The notes beneath the pieces were generated by a model that saw nothing but the letters and a program-made list of their open reading frames with translations, had not been told where the DNA came from and made no database searches. This document shows positions 49,422-54,016 of a stretch of 54,016 bases of DNA, one piece after another. The stretch lies in contig DAOTVW010000136.1 of assembly GCA_034436035.1 (NCBI GenBank), positions 1-54,016 of the forward strand, read 5' to 3'. Source of the DNA: Anaerolineales bacterium. GTDB lineage: Bacteria > Chloroflexota > Anaerolineae > Anaerolineales > UBA4823. The stretch's first letter is position 1, and each line of letters opens with the position of its first letter. The position numbers were made by a program, and so were the translations under genes.

Positions 49422-51401
49422 TTATACATCCCAATCATCTTCCCATTCCTCGCCACCACGCTTACGTTTCTTTTTGACAATCGTGGTATCTCGGTCAGGG
49501 TCAAATTCTAATGCAACATATTTTTTCTTTTTCTTCTTTTTCTTTTTGTCACCTTCGGTTTCTGCTTCTTCATCATCTGCTACAACAGTTTCAATATCCA
49601 TTTTTTCTGGTGACCATTTGAAGAGATCTTCCAAAGAAGGTTCTACTTCAGCTTCTGCCTCAGTCTCCTCAGCTATTTCTTCGGCCGGTTCTGTTTCCTT
49701 GATCGCTTCTACCGCTTCAACAATCTCGCCTTCTTTTTCCTGAGTTTCCTCAGCGATCATTTCTGGTATTGTTGTTTCAACCACCTCAGGAATTGTCTCC
49801 TCTTGTGTTTCCGGCATTACTTCTGAAGGGGTTGTTTCAGGTGTAGTCAGCGTTGGCATCTCCTCAACTTCTTCTGCTTCAACGACTTCTTCTTCAGGAG
49901 TAATGTTGAATGGCAGTTTTGCTAACGCTTCTTCTATTACCGCCATCGCTTTTGGACCGATACCATCTAATTTTAGAATTGGGGTCAGATCGGTTTTTAA
50001 TTGCAACATTAAATCGCCGACACTGAGAAAACCTGCTCCGCTCAATAAATTCGTATATCGCACCGGTAGCCCAAGGTCTTCTAATGGCATCTCAAAAGCT
50101 TCATCGGGGATATTGGCAGCTTCTATTCGCTGACGTTCCTCTTCGGCGGTGATTTCACCCGATTTCTGACGTAGGATTCCTCTTTCAATCCGATCCACAA
50201 ATTGACTCATCAATTGATATTCTTCGGGCGTAACTGGCCGACCTTCGGCTTTCTTCGATAAAATATGTTCAATTTGTGGAATAGTATCTTTTTCCAGCTC
50301 TGCAAAAGCTGCATATTCTGCATCGCTTTGTAACTTATGCAATGCTTCACTCGCAGCCTCCGGAAGGCTTTTGATGTCAATTTTCCATGAAGTCAATCGT
50401 GCAGCTAAACGAGCGTTTTGTCCATCGCGGCCAATAGCTAAACTCAATTGGTCCTCGGGAACGACAACTGTGGCTGTCTTTGTTCCTTTCGACCGCTCAT
50501 TGAGATACACACCAGTGACTCTCGCGGGACTTAATGCCTTTGAAATATAAATGGCGGGGTCGGGATTCCATTCGATTACATCAATTTTTTCATCATTCAA
50601 TTCGCGCACGATAGCTTGAATCCGCATTCCGCGCATTCCTACACAAGCCCCAACAGGATCAACACCGGCTTGCAATGCAGAGACGGCAACTTTCGACCGT
50701 TGTCCTGGTTCACGGGCAATGGATCGGATTTCAATCATGCCATGATAAATTTCAGGTACTTCATTTTCAAGCAATCGACGCAGAAAATTGCGATGAGCAC
50801 GTGAAAGAATGATTTGAGGACCTTTATTGTTCTCTTTAACTTCCAGTAATAATGCCCGAATACGCTCATGAACGCGATAGCGTTCCCCCGGAATCATTTC
50901 TTTGCGCGGCATAAAACCTTCCGCTTTCATCTCTAATCCCAGGGTCAATCCTTGTTGGTTGATCGCTTGGATCATCCCACTCACAATTTCCCCGACCTGG
51001 CGGCGATAATGGGCAAGTTGGGCATCTCTTTCAGCCTCGCGAATACGTTGTTGGATAACCTGTCGGGCTGTTTGAGCTGCCACACGGCCAAAATCTTTTG
51101 GGGTGCTCTCTACAATCACCATTCCACCAATTTTTGCATCGGGGTCAACTTTTCGAGCTTCTTCTAAAGAAACTTCTGTGCGTGGATCCTGAACAGTCTC
51201 AACGATTTCCTTTTCAGCATAAATAACAACTTGCCCAGTTTGTAAATCTACCTTTGCTTCTACATGCTGGGCACTGGAGGCATTCTCTGATTTTCGATAT
51301 GCCGAAGCCAAAGCTGCTTCTAATGCTGCAACAATGACTTCTTTAGGCAGCTGTTTTTCTTCTAGAACCTCGTTGAAGGCTAATACAAACTCATTCTTCA
51401 T
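49422..51401 (-). CDS. nusA: transcription termination/antitermination factor NusA with long acidic/poly-Lys C-terminal extension
   Basis: NTD, S1, KH1 and KH2 core ([23 protein letters not shown]) plus one HhH module. A ~160-aa E/T/P-rich tail follows, containing nine consecutive Lys. Confidence 0.92.
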   Translation of the reverse strand: MKNEFVLAFNEVLEEKQLPKEVIVAALEAALASAYRKSENASSAQHVEAKVDLQTGQVVIYAEKEIVETVQDPRTEVSLEEARKVDPDAKIGGMVIVESTPKDFGRVAAQTARQVIQQRIREAERDAQLAHYRRQVGEIVSGMIQAINQQGLTLGLEMKAEGFMPRKEMIPGERYRVHERIRALLLEVKENNKGPQIILSRAHRNFLRRLLENEVPEIYHGMIEIRSIAREPGQRSKVAVSALQAGVDPVGACVGMRGMRIQAIVRELNDEKIDVIEWNPDPAIYISKALSPARVTGVYLNERSKGTKTATVVVPEDQLSLAIGRDGQNARLAARLTSWKIDIKSLPEAASEALHKLQSDAEYAAFAELEKDTIPQIEHILSKKAEGRPVTPEEYQLMSQFVDRIERGILRQKSGEITAEEERQRIEAANIPDEAFEMPLEDLGLPVRYTNLLSGAGFLSVGDLMLQLKTDLTPILKLDGIGPKAMAVIEEALAKLPFNITPEEEVVEAEEVEEMPTLTTPETTPSEVMPETQEETIPEVVETTIPEMIAEETQEKEGEIVEAVEAIKETEPAEEIAEETEAEAEVEPSLEDLFKWSPEKMDIETVVADDEEAETEGDKKKKKKKKKYVALEFDPDRDTTIVKKKRKRGGEEWEDDWDV

Positions 51402-51450
51402 TTATTCTTTCTCTCCATTATGTAAAACAATCCCGTAATCCATTACAAGA

Positions 51451-51477
51451 AGAAAAGTGGGCATCACCCACTTTTCT
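51451..51477 (-). promoter_or_regulatory. terminator-like hairpin in the nusA 5' leader (candidate attenuator)
   Basis: The minus strand reads AGAAAAGTGGG-TGATG-CCCACTTTTCT followed by TCTTGTAATGG. It lies between the predicted promoter and the nusA SD. Confidence 0.4.
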
Positions 51478-51517
51478 ACAGCGTCGTATACTCATAACCC
51501 GCTTTTCAGCAAGGTTT

Positions 51518-51546
51518 ATTTTAACACAAATTTCTATCCATCGCAA
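51518..51546 (-). promoter_or_regulatory. promoter TTGCGA-17-TAAAAT (TGT-extended) for the nusA operon
   Basis: The minus strand reads cTTGCGAtggatagaaatttgtgtTAAAATaaacc, directly after the GNAT stop. Confidence 0.5.
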
Positions 51547-51550
51547 GATA

Positions 51551-52063
51551 TTATTTGCGAGAAATTAACCATTTTTCCATTCTCCAAGAAGGATCGTCAA
51601 CCACTTGAGGATTTCCTTCTGGATCAGTATAAGTCCAATGTCCTCTTTCTTCTCCTACAATTATATAACCACGGTGTTGATAGAAAATCAAAGCGTTTTG
51701 ATTAGTTTTGGAAACATTAAGGGTCACATATTCAAAACCCTCTTGAAACAAATAATTTTCAGCATGATTTAACAAGCGCGTCCCCCAACCCTGACGTTGA
51801 AATTGTGGTTTTACCCGAAAGGAAAATAAATAAGCTCGACTTTTTCCATCAGCAAATTTAGGATTTTGACTATTTAATTGGGCGAACACTTGACCAATGA
51901 TCCCAAATTGGTCTAACTCGATTACCCAAAGGAGTGCATTACCGATTAAGGATTGGTGGTATATTTCACGATACATGTTACGGAAGCGATAGTATTCCCC
52001 ACCCCACTCTAATGCAAGCAGATCATTTTCTTCCACAAATCGGATTGTTGCTATTTCATTCAT
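51551..52063 (-). CDS. GNAT family N-acetyltransferase
   Basis: Acetyl-CoA loop RVKPQFQRQGWGTRLL and a GNAT-fold length. It overlaps the upstream gene by 8 nt. Confidence 0.8.
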   Translation of the reverse strand: MNEIATIRFVEENDLLALEWGGEYYRFRNMYREIYHQSLIGNALLWVIELDQFGIIGQVFAQLNSQNPKFADGKSRAYLFSFRVKPQFQRQGWGTRLLNHAENYLFQEGFEYVTLNVSKTNQNALIFYQHRGYIIVGEERGHWTYTDPEGNPQVVDDPSWRMEKWLISRK

Positions 52064-54016
52064 GTCCCGCTTTTGTTTTTTCTAAAATTTCATTTATCAA
52101 TTTTAACTCATCCTCTTCTGTTCTTACTTTACCTTCAATCTTTGCAAATCGTAACTCGCTAAATATTTTTCGGTAAAGAGGACCCGGAGGAATGCCGATT
52201 TTTTTTAATTTTTGGCTATCTATGAGACATTTTACTTTTACCCAGTCATTGAGATAGCTCTCAATGTTTCGCCTAATTTTTTCATCAGCAGAGAATAATA
52301 CCATCGCAAATAAACTTAGTGGATGTACTCCTTCTAATACTGAAAGAATACTCCTGACATCCTCTCCACGCAGCGTTTCCTGTTCTTTCCAAAGGCGATT
52401 TGTATCCAGTAATTGCCGTTTAATTCGTGCCGGAATTCGTAATTTCAAGGAAAGGTCTTCAATGAAATTCATCTCAAAACGCATGGTTAATAAGATATAA
52501 AACAGCACACGGCGGGTATCCGATGCCCGATTATTTACATCTAATCCTTTCACAACGATCCCTTGTTCAATTTTTCTACTTTGGGATTGCGCCCATTCAT
52601 CCCAAACTAAACCAGGATGAATAACCCTCAATATCCCTAACTCGGATAGACGCATCAACATTTCACAGGCATTATCTTCAACAAAGATCAATTCCAATTC
52701 ATGACGAATGCGGTCCCCCGAAATTCCCCCTAATAATTCTTTTGCTTCCATCAGCAGTTGCAATGTGCGATTTTCAATTTGGAAGTGAAATCTCTGTTCA
52801 AAACGAACGGCTCGTAAAATACGAGTGGGATCATCCACAAACGATAAGGAATGAAGTACTCGAACCAAACCTTTGCGTAAGTCACTCAATCCTCCCCAAT
52901 AATCATAAAGCTCACCATAATGAATTCCATCTAATCGCAATGCTAAAGTATTTATTGTAAAATCGCGGCGATGCAAATCCAATTTTATACTGCCTGGTTC
53001 GACGAGCGGTAATGCGGTGGGGTGAGGATAAAATTCTGTGCGAGCGGTAACAAAATCTAACGCATTTGGCACCTGGGTCAATAACCGTACTTCACCATTA
53101 CCGAAATGATTGATATCTTCCAATAATGTTTGGGAATTTTTGTCGATCATCCATTTTGCGGTTTTAAATTTACTATGTGTGGTTATTCGTCCGCCATACC
53201 GTTTATAAATTGCGCGGGCTAAACCAATCGCATCTCCTTCCACAACCAGATCAAAATCCATGCTCGGTTTTTCTAATAATAGATCGCGCACAAACCCACC
53301 AACGATAAATAGAGCATAATTCGCTGCACTAGCCACTTGCGCTACTACTTTGATAAGAGCAATTTGGGCTGGCGGGAGCATTTTTTCAAGTCGAGCGCTT
53401 AGGTTTAACCGCGAGACCATTTTATTTCCGATTGGTAGGGTGCGCAGGACATCTGTTCTGGTAACGATCCCGATGATTTGACCGCTTTGTGAATCTTTCA
53501 CCGGAATTTGTCCCCACCCAGATCTTGTCATCACTAATTGCAGATATTCTAATGAATCCTCGGGTGTTACTGTTATTTCCCCGGGTTCCATTATTTGCCG
53601 AGCAGTTAAATTTAATTTATGCGAAATAGCTCGATCGACTGCCCGTCGAGTGACCAAACCAACCACTCGATTTTGATCGACAACGGGATATCCTTCATGT
53701 CCAAACCTTTGCATCAACTCTGCAATTTGTACGACACCTGTATCTGGATGAATGATTTGAGGATCATTGGACATAATTTGACCAACATTTAGCGCCGGTT
53801 TGACAAACTTAGGAAGTAGCTCAATCAATTTAGATTTGACTTGCTCGATGGATTCATCCCTGATCAAACCTGCAGCTGCCCGTTCATGCCCACCTCCACC
53901 AAATTGGTTTGCGATGAGTGCTACATCAATACTATCCGAAGTAGAACGAGCAATCAGTTGCACTCCACTTTTGATTTTAGCTAATACAAATAAGGCATCT
54001 CCTTCCACAATATCCC
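52056..54016 (-). CDS. cca: CCA-adding enzyme / poly(A) polymerase family protein with N-terminal DHH-DHHA1 and tandem CBS domains (5' end beyond the right edge)
   Basis: The reading frame is open to the window edge. GGGHERAAAG (DHHA1), two CBS repeats, then the nucleotidyltransferase head FIVGGFVRDLLL...DFDLVV and the RDFTINT motif. Confidence 0.8.
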   Translation of the reverse strand, partial: DIVEGDALFVLAKIKSGVQLIARSTSDSIDVALIANQFGGGGHERAAAGLIRDESIEQVKSKLIELLPKFVKPALNVGQIMSNDPQIIHPDTGVVQIAELMQRFGHEGYPVVDQNRVVGLVTRRAVDRAISHKLNLTARQIMEPGEITVTPEDSLEYLQLVMTRSGWGQIPVKDSQSGQIIGIVTRTDVLRTLPIGNKMVSRLNLSARLEKMLPPAQIALIKVVAQVASAANYALFIVGGFVRDLLLEKPSMDFDLVVEGDAIGLARAIYKRYGGRITTHSKFKTAKWMIDKNSQTLLEDINHFGNGEVRLLTQVPNALDFVTARTEFYPHPTALPLVEPGSIKLDLHRRDFTINTLALRLDGIHYGELYDYWGGLSDLRKGLVRVLHSLSFVDDPTRILRAVRFEQRFHFQIENRTLQLLMEAKELLGGISGDRIRHELELIFVEDNACEMLMRLSELGILRVIHPGLVWDEWAQSQSRKIEQGIVVKGLDVNNRASDTRRVLFYILLTMRFEMNFIEDLSLKLRIPARIKRQLLDTNRLWKEQETLRGEDVRSILSVLEGVHPLSLFAMVLFSADEKIRRNIESYLNDWVKVKCLIDSQKLKKIGIPPGPLYRKIFSELRFAKIEGKVRTEEDELKLINEILEKTKAGHE

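Noticed and set aside
49474-49743. Plus-strand ORF with a poly-Phe run and S-rich sequence.
   Set aside because: It is the reverse-complement shadow of the NusA poly-Lys/acidic tail and is not a gene.
1-54016. Search for mobile elements, defence systems, CRISPR repeats, rRNA, long direct or inverted repeats, or compositionally foreign islands.
   Set aside because: None found by eye. Every gap longer than 100 nt is accounted for by promoters, terminators, the tRNA or the T-box, and the gene content is core metabolism and information processing.

Overview
Densely packed, mostly housekeeping chromosomal DNA from a moderately AT-rich bacterium. I call about 53 protein genes, one tRNA and one riboswitch. 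I found no rRNA, CRISPR array, transposase, integrase or phage genes. Several features suggest a Chloroflexota (Anaerolineae-like) origin, but this is inference only: a TIGR03663-like GT-C membrane protein with DE/HGP motifs, a Zn-ribbon-TM-LysM protein with PT-rich linkers, an archaeal-type ThrC, TrpB2, and many overlapping or coupled genes.

Main blocks:
- moaC, moaD/E fusion, thrC-like, rnc, smc (minus strand), divergent from ftsY and prfB (the latter with its +1 frameshift).
- Polar amino-acid ABC binding protein and permease, then tRNA-Leu(GAG).
- plsX and fabF.
- An isolated two-gene SPFH-HTH module.
- Envelope/glycosylation genes (G5-propeller, UDP-xylose synthase, GtrA), followed by an orphan ChlI-like ATPase and a URO-D-like gene.
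- scpB and rluB.
- A 1121-aa GT-C/NHL protein.
- sucCD, acpP, fni and a polyprenyl synthase.
- gltA, mdh, trxB.
- A Trp T-box leader driving trpB2.
- A long nusA-ylxR-infB-rbfA-nrnA-truB-ribF-thyA-folA array.
- A GNAT gene and a CBS/DHH-fused CCA-adding enzyme.

Nothing here looks like a classic accessory or defence island. The items most worth a second look are:
- the SPFH(YdjI-like)-excisionase-HTH fusion with its 175-aa partner;
- the Trp-specific T-box on a stand-alone TrpB2;
- the MoaD-MoaE fusion next to a ThrC-like PLP enzyme;
- the orphan ChlI-like ATPase module;
- the GT-C-NHL fusion;
- apparently leaderless divergent promoters;
- the unusual NusA tail and nusA leader.
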